A stretch of DNA of 47,382 nucleotides, counting the filler, from Reclinomonas americana ATCC 50394 (lineage: Eukaryota): the NCBI GenBank assembly GCA_048213135.1. It is 43 parts of 43 records of this genome, joined end to end, with 100 filler letters (N's around TTAATTAATTAA, not from the genome) between each part and the next. Parts side by side here need not be neighbours in the genome. Positions count along the whole stretch, not along the records: positions 23,228 to 24,232 come from AFZH01026879.1; positions 24,333 to 25,336 come from AFZH01026880.1; positions 25,437 to 26,440 come from AFZH01026881.1; positions 26,541 to 27,545 come from AFZH01026882.1; positions 27,646 to 28,650 come from AFZH01026883.1; positions 28,751 to 29,754 come from AFZH01026884.1; positions 29,855 to 30,858 come from AFZH01026885.1; positions 30,959 to 31,963 come from AFZH01026886.1; 35 more parts are not named here. One strand, written 5' to 3'. Positions 23,991 to 36,538 of this stretch are shown here, one piece after another; positions within the stretch are counted from its first letter, which is position 1, and every line of letters starts with the position of its first letter. The notes beneath the pieces are model-generated. The model saw nothing but the letters and a program-made list of their open reading frames with translations. It ran no database searches and was not told the origin of the DNA. A program made the translations under genes and the position numbers.

Positions 23991-24334
23991 AGAAAACGGG
24001 ACAAGCGGCGGACAGCACGGCCGTGAGAACGAAGTGGGTGGAGAGAGAAGAGAGAAGAGAAAGAGAGTAGGGATGACGAATGAGGGAAGGAAGAGTGAAT
24101 AAAGAAAGGATGGAGAAGGAATTGAGCGGGGAAGGGATGAAGAAGGAAAGGAACTCAAGCGGGAAAGAGGCGAAGAAGGAAAGGATGCGTAATGGGGAGA
24201 GGAATGAGGGAGGGATGCAGAAGGACAGGAGTNNNNNNNNNNNNNNNNNNNNNNNNNNNNNNNNNNNNNNNNNNNNTTAATTAATTAANNNNNNNNNNNN
24301 NNNNNNNNNNNNNNNNNNNNNNNNNNNNNNNNAG

Positions 24335-25126
24335 GTCCGCGAGGTCTACCTGCCGCTCAGCCGTCTGCTCAGCCTGTACGCCACGTCGACCAAGCGCCTC
24401 GGCGCGGCGACCTCGTCGTTCCTGCAGGAGGACGACACCACGACGCCGTTCGTCGTGGGCGTCGCCGGGTCCGTCGCGGTCGGGAAGTCGACCATCGCAC
24501 GTCTGCTGCGCGAGCTGATGAGCCGCTGGCCCGGCACGCCGCGGGTGGAGCTCGTCACGACCGACGGCTTCCTCTACCCCAACGCCGAGCTCGAGCGCCG
24601 CGGCCTGATGGAGCGCAAGGGCTTCCCGGAGTCGTACGATCGCCGCTCGCTGCTGGAGTTCCTCACCGAGGTGAAGAGCGGCGCCCCCGAGGTGCGCGCA
24701 CCCTTCTACTCGCACATGCGCTACGACATCGTGCCCGATGCGCACGTCGTCGTGCGGCGGCCGGACGTGGTGATCGTCGAGGGTCTGAACGTGCTGCAAC
24801 CGCCGCCCGCTCCGAACGACGTCGCGGTCAGCGACCTGTTCGACTTCTCGATCTTCGTCGACGCCGACACCTCCCACATCGAGAAGTGGTACGTCGATCG
24901 CTTCCTCGCCCTCCGCCAGGGCGCGTTCAGCAACCCGTCGTCGTACTTCAACGTCTTCGCGCACCTCACCGACGAGGAGGCGATCACGACGGCTCTGGGC
25001 TACTGGAACGAGATCAACATGCCGAACCTCGTCGAGAACGTGATGCCGACGAAGCACCGCGCAAGACTGGTCCTGAACAAGGGCGCCGACCATACCGTCG
25101 AATCCGTCCTTCTCCGCAAGCTCTGA
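24335..25126 (+). CDS. coaA: Type I pantothenate kinase, 5'-truncated, actinobacterial
   Basis: [40 protein letters not shown]. Confidence 0.98.
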   Translation, partial: VREVYLPLSRLLSLYATSTKRLGAATSSFLQEDDTTTPFVVGVAGSVAVGKSTIARLLRELMSRWPGTPRVELVTTDGFLYPNAELERRGLMERKGFPESYDRRSLLEFLTEVKSGAPEVRAPFYSHMRYDIVPDAHVVVRRPDVVIVEGLNVLQPPPAPNDVAVSDLFDFSIFVDADTSHIEKWYVDRFLALRQGAFSNPSSYFNVFAHLTDEEAITTALGYWNEINMPNLVENVMPTKHRARLVLNKGADHTVESVLLRKL

Positions 25127-25191
25127 CCGCGGCATCCGTTCCGGATCTATTGTTCGGACGACTCGCAAAAGTTCCCGCTTATCTTTGAACC

Positions 25192-25336
25192 ATGTGTGGA
25201 ATCGTCGGATACGTGGGCCCGCGCCCCAGCCAGGACATCCTTCTCGCCGGCCTCGCCCGCCTCGAGTACCGCGGATATGACTCCGCCGGCGTCGCCGTCA
25301 TCGACGGAGACGGCACGCTCGGCATGCGCAAGAAGG
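25192..25336 (+). CDS. glmS: Glutamine-fructose-6-phosphate transaminase N-terminus
   Basis: [19 protein letters not shown]; adjacent to coaA on the same contig. Confidence 0.96.
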
Positions 25337-25436
25337 NNNNNNNNNNNNNNNNNNNNNNNNNNNNNNNNNNNNNNNNNNNNTTAATTAATTAANNNNNNNN
25401 NNNNNNNNNNNNNNNNNNNNNNNNNNNNNNNNNNNN

Positions 25437-26118
25437 TCGTCGGGTTCAGCGCTCCGCCGAGGATGCCGGTGCCCCCGGCCATCGCGGCGGTCGCGCCGAC
25501 GGCGTAGAACGCCCACCACTGCGCCTGCTCGAAGAGGAAGTTGGGGTGGCGGCTGTAACGGAAGAGCCCGCCGGTCGCGAAGCCGGGGGCGAGCGCGCCT
25601 CCCGCATCCTTCTTGCGCTGATGGAACCGCCACTGCTGCTGATCGGCCACCGTCTCACCGACGAGGAAGCCGACGAAGGCGATCACGAAGACCGCATCCC
25701 ATCCGGTGAGTGCCGAGGGATTCTGTGCGGCGACGTAGGAGGGCAGTGTGATGAGCACCAGCAGGGTCATCTGGTAGCCGATGATGAACAGCGCATTGAA
25801 CACCTGGAACTGCCAGGGCCTCATCCGCCGGCGCAGGATCGCCCACCGGTAGTCCTCCATACCGGAGTAGCCGCCCTTGCGAGCGAAGTTGAACGTCAGG
25901 CGTGCTCCCCACGCGGTGGCGAGGACGCCCATCAGCACCACGCGCACCGACCCGTCGCCCGCGGCGAAGGCGCCGGCGACGAAGATCCACACGTAGACGA
26001 CCGGCACGATCGACCAGGCGCGATCCACCCACGAGGTGTCCCGGGTGATCAGTGAGAGCAGCCAACAGGCGAGGCTGGCGATCGCGGCCACGATGATGAC
26101 GATCAGCAGGGCATCCAT
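25437..26118 (-). CDS. DUF1295 (steroid 5-alpha-reductase-like) membrane protein, 3'-truncated
   Basis: SWVDRAWS, WGARLTFN, EDYRW, ETVADQQQWRF, GLFRYSRHPN. Confidence 0.92.
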
Positions 26119-26156
26119 GACGCCATGCTAGAGCGCTGTCGCGGCTCCGCGGCGAT

Positions 26157-26440
26157 TCAGAGCGTCGGGAGCAGCGCGTCGAGCCTGTCGGCGGTGTCCT
26201 CCCAGCCGTCGACCGCGACGGAGGGCACACCGATCGCGAGCACCGGGTAGTCGTTCCCGCCTTCGTCGAGACGGTCGCCGTAGAAGAGCATGGCGGAGAG
26301 GGGGATGCCGGTGTGCTCGGCGAGCCGCTGCATACCGAACGCCTTGCCGATGCCGGCCTGCGTGATGTCGATCGAGGTCGACCCGCCGGAGCGCACCTCG
26401 AGTCCGGGAAGTCGTGCACTGACGGCGTCGCGCAGGAGCG
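26157..26440 (-). CDS. HAD-IIB family hydrolase (phosphomannomutase-like), C-terminal part
   Basis: GGSTSIDIT..GIGK, FYGDRLDEGGNDYPV. Confidence 0.9.
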
Positions 26441-27255
26441 NNNNNNNNNNNNNNNNNNNNNNNNNNNNNNNNNNNNNNNNNNNNTTAATTAATTAANNNN
26501 NNNNNNNNNNNNNNNNNNNNNNNNNNNNNNNNNNNNNNNNCGAGAGTGGATAAGGGGGGTTAGGAAAAGGAAAAGGGGAGGGGGAAAGGGAGGAAAGGGA
26601 AGGGAGGAAGGGGGGAAGGGGGGAAGGGGGGAAGGGGGACATAGAGCGAAGGGGGGAAGGGAGGAAAGGAGAAAGGGAGGTATGAAGAATGAAGGAAAAG
26701 GGAGAAGGAAGGAGAAAGGAGGAAAAGGGGAAGGGAGGACGCGACAACAGAAGAGAGAGAAAGAGATAATGAGAAAGAGAGAGAGGGAGAGAGAGAGAAT
26801 ACGAGGCCATGAATCGATGCGCACAGTGATGAAGGCAGCAGAAAAGAAGGAGTGTGAAGATATCCGTAGACCGTGTGTGCAAGAGAGAGGAGAGAAGCAG
26901 AGAAATATCGCATGAAGAGCTGTGACAAGTAAGAAGCAGAAAACAGTGACAAACAATAGGAAATCGTCGACAAACACGCAGGATCATGAGAACTGATACA
27001 ATGCAAGACACATCGATTAAGAGAATGTGCGACCTCCACGAGACTACAAAGCGCGTGAGGGATCCAAAAGATGAGGAGAAGAGCTGATCGAAGTGAGCAG
27101 AAGCGTTGTGACGAGAATAAAACAGAAAGGAGAAACCACACAGCACTGTGCGAACGAATGCAAAGGAAGATGACAACGAGAACGAGGGCGGCAAATAGTG
27201 ATGACGGTGAAATGAGAAGGAACAAAGGCAAGAGACTTCAGGGAAAGTGCATGAC

Positions 27256-27292
<37 letters not shown>

Positions 27293-27361
27293 ACGAGTGA
27301 AATTCAGTCAATGAATAGAAGAATTGAGACACAAAACCACCACGTGATATCAAGTACGCAC

Positions 27362-27545
27362 GTGAGGTGCCGGCCGACGTTGGTGCAAAATGGTTCGGAG
27401 AATTCCGTGTGGCAGCTGACGTATCGCCCGCTGTGTGTCGACCCCGCGACACGGCCGAGAGCAGCGTACCGCGCTGCTCCACCCAAGCCGCATCATACGG
27501 CTCGTCTTCCTCGTTGTCCAAGTCCGTGTTTTGTGCAAGCACCGC
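27362..27545 (-). CDS. Probable exon of an unknown protein
   Basis: VLAQNTDLDNEEDEPYDAAWVEQRG.. ending at a GTGCGT site; rest of contig is low-complexity. Confidence 0.35.
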
Positions 27546-27779
27546 NNNNNNNNNNNNNNNNNNNNNNNNNNNNNNNNNNNNNNNNNNNNTTAATTAATTA
27601 ANNNNNNNNNNNNNNNNNNNNNNNNNNNNNNNNNNNNNNNNNNNNCCTCTGTTCGCTTCCCCTTCGCTCCCCGTTCGCTTCCCCTTCTCCTTCTCCTATC
27701 ACCCTTCCCCTTCTCCACCCTTCCCCTCTCACCCCCTTCCCCCTTTTCCCCCCTTCTCACCCCCTCCCCCTCCCCACAG

Positions 27780-28057
27780 CCTCCTCATCCGCCACAACAT
27801 CATCATCAGCAAAAAGCCCGTCATCCGCGACGTCATCTTCTACATGCTGGCCGTCTCCTACCTCCTCTTCCTCGTCATCTTCCGCGACGAAGTCTCCCTG
27901 TGGGAGAGCCTCATCCTCCTCGGCATCTACGTGTCCTACGTCGTGACCGTCGCCGTCCTGCGACGTCACTGGGTCGAGGCGGGCAAGGGCACCGGCGGCA
28001 ACCCGAGCGGACGATTCGTCAATTTCGCGCCGTCGGGAACTACCGCGGCTGCTGTCC
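27780..28057 (+). CDS. Cation/Ca2+ exchanger (CCX/NCKX-type) transmembrane exon
   Basis: KPVIRDVIFYMLAVSYLLFLV..VSLWESLILLGIYVSYVV; polypyrimidine tract and CAG upstream. Confidence 0.85.
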
Positions 28058-28289
28058 GTGAGTTGAAGGGAAGGGCAGAGAGGGGGAGAGAGAGGGGGAG
28101 AAGCGGTGAGAGAGGGGATGAGGGAGGAGAAAAGGGAAGGAAATCTCCGAGAAGATGAGAGAAGAGAAGAGATGAGTAGCGGCAGCAGAGAATGCAAAGA
28201 CCGGACGAAAAGGGAGAAAAACAGAGAGAAGACGTCAGAAGAAAGAGAAAAGAATCGCAAGGATGAGAAAGTGTACATCGTCTCATCTC

Positions 28290-28838
<549 letters not shown>

Positions 28839-29128
28839 GATCAAGGGTTGAGGGTGGTGGATATACATTGATTGCACGCACACACGTCGATCAAGGGTTG
28901 AGGGTGGATGAGAAAAAAAGGAAGAGAAGACTCAGAAAACAGCGGATTCGATAATGAAATGCGTGCAGGACATAGGAAGCGGAGGTAGAGCATCAAAACG
29001 AAAGGCGCACGATGCGCAGGAGAGAATCGAGGATGCAGGCAGGAGAGAGTCACATTATGGACGGACCAACGGCGTGCGAAACAGCGAGGAAATGGAACTG
29101 GAAATATGGACGATAAAGAGAAGCTCAC

Positions 29129-29509
29129 CTGCAGTGCCGCCGATGCTGAGCATGATTTCAAGGCCAAATGACTGGGGAAACGGAACCAAAGTCTGCTGCA
29201 TAGCGCAGACCAACGCCGCGGACAATGGTTTAGCCGTGAGTGGAGGACTGGGAAGGCGGGGGAAGGAAGAGGAGGTGAGGAGGAGCGGGATGATGGGAGA
29301 GGGCGAGACGGAAGGGGGTCACGCGGGAAGGGAAATGCCTTTTCGCAACTTGGTGTGTGTTTCTTTCTGCTTCCTGTTGCTCAATATGTGTCTGTATGCA
29401 TGCACAGCGGCTCCCAGGTCGACTCCCGGCCTTGATTCGGCCGGCGGTCTGACTCTCAACACGCCGGCGCTTGTGCGCATGCGCGCGGCTTCAAGGTGCA
29501 CGTTTGTAC
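29129..29509 (-). CDS. Unknown two-exon fragment
   Basis: ..DLGAAVHAYRHILSNRKQKETHT|NPPLTAKPLSAALVCAMQ..LEIMLSIGGTA in frame across a GTTGCG..CAG intron. Confidence 0.45.
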
Positions 29510-31155
29510 CTGCGAAAGAAGCAGGATGAGCAGTCGAAAATGACGGATGAAAAATAGAAGAGGAGAGAGGACAGAGGAGCGAGGAGAGAGGAGAGAGGAG
29601 AGAAGAGAAAGAGGAGAGAGGAGAGAGGAGTGGAGAGGAGAGAGGAGTGGAGAGGAGAGAGGAGAGAGGAGAGAGGAGTGGAGAGGAGAGGAGAGGAGAG
29701 GAGAGGAGAGGAGAGAGGAGAGAGGAGAGAGGAGAGAGGAGAGAGGAGAGAGGANNNNNNNNNNNNNNNNNNNNNNNNNNNNNNNNNNNNNNNNNNNNTT
29801 AATTAATTAANNNNNNNNNNNNNNNNNNNNNNNNNNNNNNNNNNNNNNNNNNNNAAGAATCCGCCACTCCCGCCGTGCGTGTGTGTTGTCAATTAATTTG
29901 CGTGCCGCTCCCGGTCAGTGTGTGGTTGCCTCGCACGTACGAGCACACAATTAAAGGGGGAAAGAGAGAGGGGTGTGAGGGAAGGAGGCACGAGATAAAT
30001 TCCCGCCGAAGTGAAGCAGGGACAACTCGTGTAAAATGTGGCGAAAAAAAGAGCGGGGCGAGCAAGAGCGTGTGTGTGTTGAGTGACAGCAGCACACGTG
30101 CGCGAGAGAAGCAACGGAAAGAAAACGAGTGGTGGTGGGGAAGAGTGCTCAGCCTTCGCTCGCCACAAAGCTGCAAAGAAAGAAAATGCAACAGTCTTTT
30201 GCAATCATGGCCTTCTCGCACACCGATCATGCATTTCCCACTGATGAAGTTGTGCATTTTGCTGATCGTCAATCGTCGCCTCATCATGCCCCTTGCTGCG
30301 GCAAGTGGCGTCCACTTGCACCGCGGCGCCTGCACGCCCCTCCACCACCTCGATTCCTTTTTTCTTTGCACGCGCGCGCGCCTTCTCCAAAATCGGCGAG
30401 AATCGCAAGTTTGCTCCGATTCGTGTGTTTTGCGCGCGAAATCATTTCTTTAGGCGTTTGTCGAGAGGCCGCAACCTCCGTTTGGGGTGTCTCTGTGTGT
30501 GCGTCTTGTTCCTCTCGTTGCTGCCTCCCCCGTATCAGGCGGTGTGTGGTGTGTGAGAATCGGGCGGGTGCAATAACTGGAGCGCGTGCCATCATCATCG
30601 TCATGTGCGTCCCGATTCGCTTTCTCGCTTTGTGAAATCGGTTTCCCGAGACGTTACATTGCTCATTGGCCTCGTTCTCCTCCCCTTCCCTCCTTCCCCC
30701 TCGCTGCGCATCTCGTTCTCCAATTATTCTCCACTTCTCCCGTGTGTGTGTGTCTGTGCGCGTGCCTCCTGCTCTCCATGTTTGTGCGGTTGTGCAGCAT
30801 CGACATCACCTCAGTTTCACGCCATGGACTCGAGCGGCGAAGGCGATCCTGCTGCTGCNNNNNNNNNNNNNNNNNNNNNNNNNNNNNNNNNNNNNNNNNN
30901 NNTTAATTAATTAANNNNNNNNNNNNNNNNNNNNNNNNNNNNNNNNNNNNNNNNNNNNGTCTTCCCCCTTTTTCCTTCCCCCTGTTCCTTTCCTTCTCTC
31001 CCTCATTCTCTTCCCCCTTCTCTGCCCCCTTCTCTGCCCCCTTTCCTCCACCCTTCTCCCCCTCACCTTCCCCCTTCCCTCACCCTTCCCTTCTCTCCCT
31101 CTTCCCCTTCTCCCCCTCACCCTTCCCCTTCTACCTCCCCTTCTCCCCACCGCAG

Positions 31156-31963
31156 AACTACGAAACCACCGAACGCCGCCTCCGCAGCGTCTTCGAGGCC
31201 TACGGCCCCATCTCCAAAGTCATCATGGTCAACGACCGCGACGATCGACCACGCGGCTACGCCTTTATCGAGTACGAGGACGCGCAGGATATGAAGGGTC
31301 AGCTCTCCCTTCTTTCCCTCTTTCACACCCTCTCCCTCGCCCTCACATCCTCTTCCCCCTCTACGCGCGCACAGCCGCCTACAAGCAAGCCGACGGTGTC
31401 AAGATTGACGGTCGTCGCGTCATGGTGGACGTGGAGCGAGGCCGCACAGTCAAGGGCTGGCTTCCACGCAGATTGGGTGAGATTTTGTTTCATTTATTCC
31501 CTTTTCCTTCCTCTCCACATCGTGCACGGTAAGTCGATGTGTGGGTGTATTGACCGCGGTGATCTTGTTTGTGTTTGTGTGTTGTAGGCGGTGGTATGGG
31601 TGATGGGCGACCGGCCAAGCAAAAGAAGTTGCGTGCACCCTTCTCGATTTTCCCCCCTATCCCCCGCGACTCACCCTCCTCTCTCGATCCCTAGGTCGGT
31701 GCTCAAGGCACTCGAGGCCGCCAGTCGCGCTGCCGCTGCGCCTCCACCCTACCGTGGGGGCGGCGGCGACCGCGGTGGCGGTGGTGGCGGCTACCGTGGT
31801 GGTGGTGGTGGTGGCGACCGCGGTGGTGGCGGTCCGCGATACGGCAGCGATCGCGGTGGTGGTGATCGGTACGGTGGTGGTGGCGACCGCTACGGCGGCG
31901 GCGGCGATCGTTATGGTGGAGGTGGTGGCGATCGCGGTGGTGGTGGTGGCGGCGGCGGCTACC
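31156..31963 (+). CDS. SNRNP70: U1 snRNP 70K; exons 31156-31297, 31375-31476, 31588-31627, 31695-31963
   Basis: [49 protein letters not shown], Gly/Arg/Asp tail. Confidence 0.97.
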
Positions 31964-32064
31964 NNNNNNNNNNNNNNNNNNNNNNNNNNNNNNNNNNNNN
32001 NNNNNNNTTAATTAATTAANNNNNNNNNNNNNNNNNNNNNNNNNNNNNNNNNNNNNNNNNNNNC

Positions 32065-32655
32065 CACCACATTGTCAGCGGCGGTGGAGACAACACAATG
32101 CGGGTATGGTTGCTGGCGAGTGAGAAGGAGGTGCTGCGGTTGGAGGGGCACACTGGCTTGGTGCTCTCTGTCGCTGTCACTCCCGATGGTCGACACATTG
32201 TGAGTGGCGGTGGGGACAACACCGTGCGAATATTGTCACTGGCAAGTGGGATGGAAGTACGCCGGTTGGAGGGACACACTGGAAGGGTGTGCGCCGTCGC
32301 TGTTACTCCCAGCGGTCAGCATATTGTGAGTGGGAGCGAGGACAGCACCGTGCGGATGTGGTCTCTCGCAAGTGGCGAGGAAGTACGACAGTTGGAGCGA
32401 CACACTGGATGGGTGTCGTCTGTGGCCGTCTCTCCCAATGGTCAGCACATTGTGAGCGCGGGTGGCTACGACGAGACCGTGCGAATGCGGTCCACGCCGC
32501 GTGGCCTTGCTGGCTTCGAACTCGACGCTGCGCGCTCGGCCATGGGGGCTGTGCAGGAGATGCAGGAGAAGGAGGAAGATTCACGGTGTTTTCCCGAGCT
32601 GGTTCTGCGCTGCTTCATCGCCGAGGGTGCCAAGGTCGTCCTCTTCCGGTGCTGA
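32065..32655 (+). CDS. Intronless WD40 array (42-aa units) with shared tail (paralog 3)
   Basis: Over three similar LEGHTG.V..VAVTP.G.HIVSG..D.TVR units, then STPRGLAGFELDAARSAM..SRCFPELVLRCFIAEGAKVV. Confidence 0.93.
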   Translation, partial: HHIVSGGGDNTMRVWLLASEKEVLRLEGHTGLVLSVAVTPDGRHIVSGGGDNTVRILSLASGMEVRRLEGHTGRVCAVAVTPSGQHIVSGSEDSTVRMWSLASGEEVRQLERHTGWVSSVAVSPNGQHIVSAGGYDETVRMRSTPRGLAGFELDAARSAMGAVQEMQEKEEDSRCFPELVLRCFIAEGAKVVLFRC

Positions 32656-32967
32656 GTCGGTGAGTCGAAGGGAGGGAAGGTGGGCGTGGAACATGTCTCC
32701 TTCTGTGTGTGTCTCTTTCTCACCTCCATTTTGTGTGCAAGCTCGATGAATCACCTGGGAGTCTCTTGCGTCTTTTTGTCTTGTTGTGAAGTCTGTTGTG
32801 TGTGCATCTTATTCATCGTGCATGTGTGTGCCTCAGGAGAGCGAGTCGCCGTTGTCTATTTCCTCGCGTCTTCTTTTGCACACTTCCTTTTCGCCACTAC
32901 TCTGCTTTCCATTGTGCCTGTGCGCCGTGGGCATTCTCCTTCCGGCTCTGAAGAATGCATGTCTTGC

Positions 32968-33067
<100 letters not shown>

Positions 33068-33712
33068 NNNNNNNNNNNNNNNNNNNNNNNNNNNNNNNNN
33101 NNNNNNNNNNNTTAATTAATTAANNNNNNNNNNNNNNNNNNNNNNNNNNNNNNNNNNNNNNNNNNNNCTCCTTGCATGACCAGCAATGCAATTATCTTTG
33201 TTTTTAATCCCTCTCGGAGAGCAACAGTGATCAGGGGAAAGCTGAGAGTGCCGAGACGCCGACAACCATAGTCGTCTCACACGCGAGTGCACACAAGACC
33301 TCCCTTCGCATTCTCTCACACGAAACATGCACACACCACAAGCTGCTCAACACATGCATTATCTCGCACGATACCACAATCCGCCGGTGAACGGAACAGA
33401 CGCATGAAAACAAAACGTTCATTTTTATTATTCGAAACGCATCTCGCGCGCGCGCCCGCGCTCCCTCTCTCTTTCTCTGTCTGAGGAGTTTGCCTGGGGG
33501 AGGAGAAGCAAGAAAGAAAAATGGAGGTGACGAGTGCGCGGACGGTTGATGGAGATGACGGCGAGATGGCGCGGAGAAGATCGACTCCTTCTTCTTGCGT
33601 GACTGCGACATCAGCGACGACGACTGCTGCAGTTGTGGCGAGTGAGGAAGGCGCGACTGCTGCTGCATCAGTGACGTTGGAGGTGAGGGAGTGTGACATG
33701 ACGCGCGTCATC

Positions 33713-34171
33713 TGTGTGTGTGTGTGTAAGGAGAGAAAGAGAGAGTGTGTGTGTGCAGTGAGTGCAGTGAGTGAGTGACAGTGTGTGCAAGTGTGAGAGA
33801 AAAAAGAGCAATTTTGTGTTTGGGCGCAGTGTGTCAAGAGGTGTGTGTTTGTGTGTGTTTGTGTGTGTGTGTGAGAGAGAGAGAGTGTGTGTGTGTGTGA
33901 GAGAGAGAGAGTGAGTGTATGTGTGTGTGAATGTGAGTGACAGTTTTTTGAGATACAAACTTGCACACTTTCTCTCCCTCTCACACGCGCACACTCTCAC
34001 TCTCTCTCGCTCTCTCACACACGCAGATTGCTTTCTTTCCTTCCTCTGTTTTATTTTCTTGTTTTTTTGCAGCAGTGGTGCAGCAGTGTGTGTTTTTTTT
34101 TTGCATCTGAGATGCTGTGGCCGGATTCTGTGTGCGTTGTGTGTGTGTGAATGAGAGGGAGTGTGTGTGTG
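33713..34171. repeat. Degenerate (GT)/(GA) microsatellite field
   Basis: Directly visible. Confidence 0.85.
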
Positions 34172-34418
34172 NNNNNNNNNNNNNNNNNNNNNNNNNNNNN
34201 NNNNNNNNNNNNNNNTTAATTAATTAANNNNNNNNNNNNNNNNNNNNNNNNNNNNNNNNNNNNNNNNNNNNGGGGAGAGCGAGAGGGGGGAGCGAGAGGG
34301 GGAGCAGCGAAAGGGGGAAGGGGAAAGGAGAGCGAGATGGGAGAGAGCGAGAAGGGGGAGCGAGTAAAAGGGAAAGAATGCATCACAGTCAACCACATGT
34401 CTCCCATCGCGAACGCAC

Positions 34419-35102
34419 CATCGAGGAGGTCCTCCATGGAGAGCGACGTGGCGCCCATGGTGGCCCACTTCTTGAGGCCGTTCAGATCCATGCCCTTGCC
34501 GTTGTCGAGGATGAAGAGAATCGACAGAGGCCGCTCGCCTTTCTGCAGTGCGCGGGGACAAGGGAAAGTGAGTGAGAATGAGAGAACTCTCTTGACAATC
34601 GCTTTGGTTAGAAACGACCCATGCATCTCTTCCACCCTTCACACTCATCGCAACTGTAGCACCCGGCACCGTTCGCACGGTCACCTCGATGTCGCGCACA
34701 TCGTTGGAGATGGTGCTCTGCACCGAGTTGTCAATGATCTCGTCGATCGACGTGTAAAAGTCGTACTCGTCGCCGGCTTGAATCTGTCACCACGAAGAAG
34801 ATGAGAGAGGAACAAGAAAATGATAGCACACGCACGGCGAGACGCAACGAGAATGCTGACGTGCGGCACCACATCCATGACGGCATTGATCTTCGGCGGC
34901 AACGGCTCGTCCACTGCGGCACGAGAAAACGCGTGAGCAGCACAGACACTCCTGCACCCAACAAAAAAAGATAGCGCTGGCGCAAACCTCCACCGCTGTC
35001 GCCAAAGCTCACAAACAGGGTGCATCCACCGCGATCGACCAGCGGCGCAAAGGCGTCGGCGGAGTGGATGACGCATCGTGATTCGTCGTACACGATGAGG
35101 GA
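34419..35102 (-). CDS. SMCHD1/GMI1-like GHKL ATPase N-terminal region, 4 exons
   Basis: MDVVPHVSIL|IQAGDEYDFYTSIDEIIDNSVQST..RDIEV|..FILDNGKGMDLNGLKKWATMG; ExxDNS and DNGxGM motifs, with an upstream PH..L..G segment as in SMCHD1. Confidence 0.75.
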
Positions 35103-35402
35103 CTGTGAGTGCAAAATGAGAGGGAGGGAGGCAGGGAGAGAGAAGGGCGAGGAAGGAAGGGCAGGGAGATGGGGAGAGACGGAGGAGAGGAGAGAGGGCG
35201 AGGAAAACGAGAGGGAGAGAAGAGAGAGAGATAAGGAGGGAAATGGAAAGTGAAGAATGAGGAGGGAGAGACAGNNNNNNNNNNNNNNNNNNNNNNNNNN
35301 NNNNNNNNNNNNNNNNNNTTAATTAATTAANNNNNNNNNNNNNNNNNNNNNNNNNNNNNNNNNNNNNNNNNNNNCCCAACGAGTGGTGGTGACCGGGATT
35401 AC

Positions 35403-36303
35403 TTAGCAGGTGCTGGCGCAGCCAGTCTTCAGGCCAGTGACAGTGGAGAAGACGGCGATGTTCTGACCGGCGGTCGGGCACAGGATGCCGTCGGCGCGGC
35501 ACTGGCAGTTGGTGCCAGTGTTGCCAGCGTTGCACACGCAGTTGCCGCTGACGCACTTGCCGCCGTCAATCACGTTGCCGTTGCCGGACTTGGCACCGAG
35601 GGTCTGGGCCAGGCAGTCGTTGTCGACCGCGCAGGTGGCCGGCACGTTGCAGGCGGCACCAGTGAAGCCGGTATTGCATGTGCAGTTGCCGCTGGCGTTG
35701 CACGTGCCGTTGCCGTTGCAGGTTGACGAGGCCAGGCAGTACTTGGAGCAGTCGGCGCCAAAGTAGTTGGTGCTGCACACGCACGCACCGTTGCTGTCGC
35801 AGGTGCCGTTGCCGTTGCAAGTGGGCGTGGCCTTGCAGTACTTGTCGCACTTGGCACCATAGTAGTACGGCTTGCACTGGTTGCAGGCGGCACCAGTGAA
35901 GTTGCCAGTGCACACACAGGCACCAGCGGCGTCGCACGTGCCGTTGCCGTTGCAGGTGGTCGAGGCCTGGCAGAAGGTGGCGCAAGTCGCACCAAAGTAG
36001 TTCGGCTTGCACTGGTTGCAGCCAGCGCCAGTGAAGTTGCCAGTGCACACGCACGATCCGTTGGAGTCGCACGAGCCGTTGCCGTTGCAGGTGACCGAGG
36101 CCTTGCAGAAGGTGCCGCAGTTCGGGCCGTAGTAGCAGGAGCTGCACGAGCAGGTGTTGTCAGGGTTGCAAGTTCCCTTGTTGTTGCAGCCGGCCGCATC
36201 CAGGCAGCGCTTGTTGCAGCTGGCGCCGTAGAAACCAGCGTTGCAGACGCAGGCGCCGGCGGCGTTGCACGAGCCATTGTTGCTGCAGGTCTGCACCGGG
36301 TGG
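35403..36303 (-). CDS. Cys-rich EGF/laminin-EGF repeat protein, terminal exon
   Basis: Tandem TCNGNGTCDxxGxCVCxxNFxGAxC units, strong codon bias, stop at 35403-35405. Confidence 0.92.
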
Positions 36304-36538
36304 CTAGTGGCAAGTTCAAATTCGATAATGAGATATCGGAAATAGACGAGGGGAAGAAAGGCAGGAAGGCGGAGGCNNNNNNNNNNNNNNNNNNNNNNNN
36401 NNNNNNNNNNNNNNNNNNNNTTAATTAATTAANNNNNNNNNNNNNNNNNNNNNNNNNNNNNNNNNNNNNNNNNNNNCCTCCCCTTCCCCTCCCTCCCCCT
36501 TCCCCCTTTAATCCCCTCCACCCCTCCCCCCTATTTAC

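Noticed and set aside
28838..28907. 20-bp direct repeat CGATCAAGGGTTGAGGGTGG with a 30-bp gap as a mini-CRISPR
   Set aside because: Only two copies, eukaryotic microsatellite context, no cas genes; a local duplication
29855..30858. Several 100-190 aa ORFs
   Set aside because: No coding-like composition; looks like promoter/5' UTR with a possible start at ~30824
35566..36319. Overlapping ORFs in the EGF-repeat contig
   Set aside because: Result of strong codon bias in the Cys-rich frame
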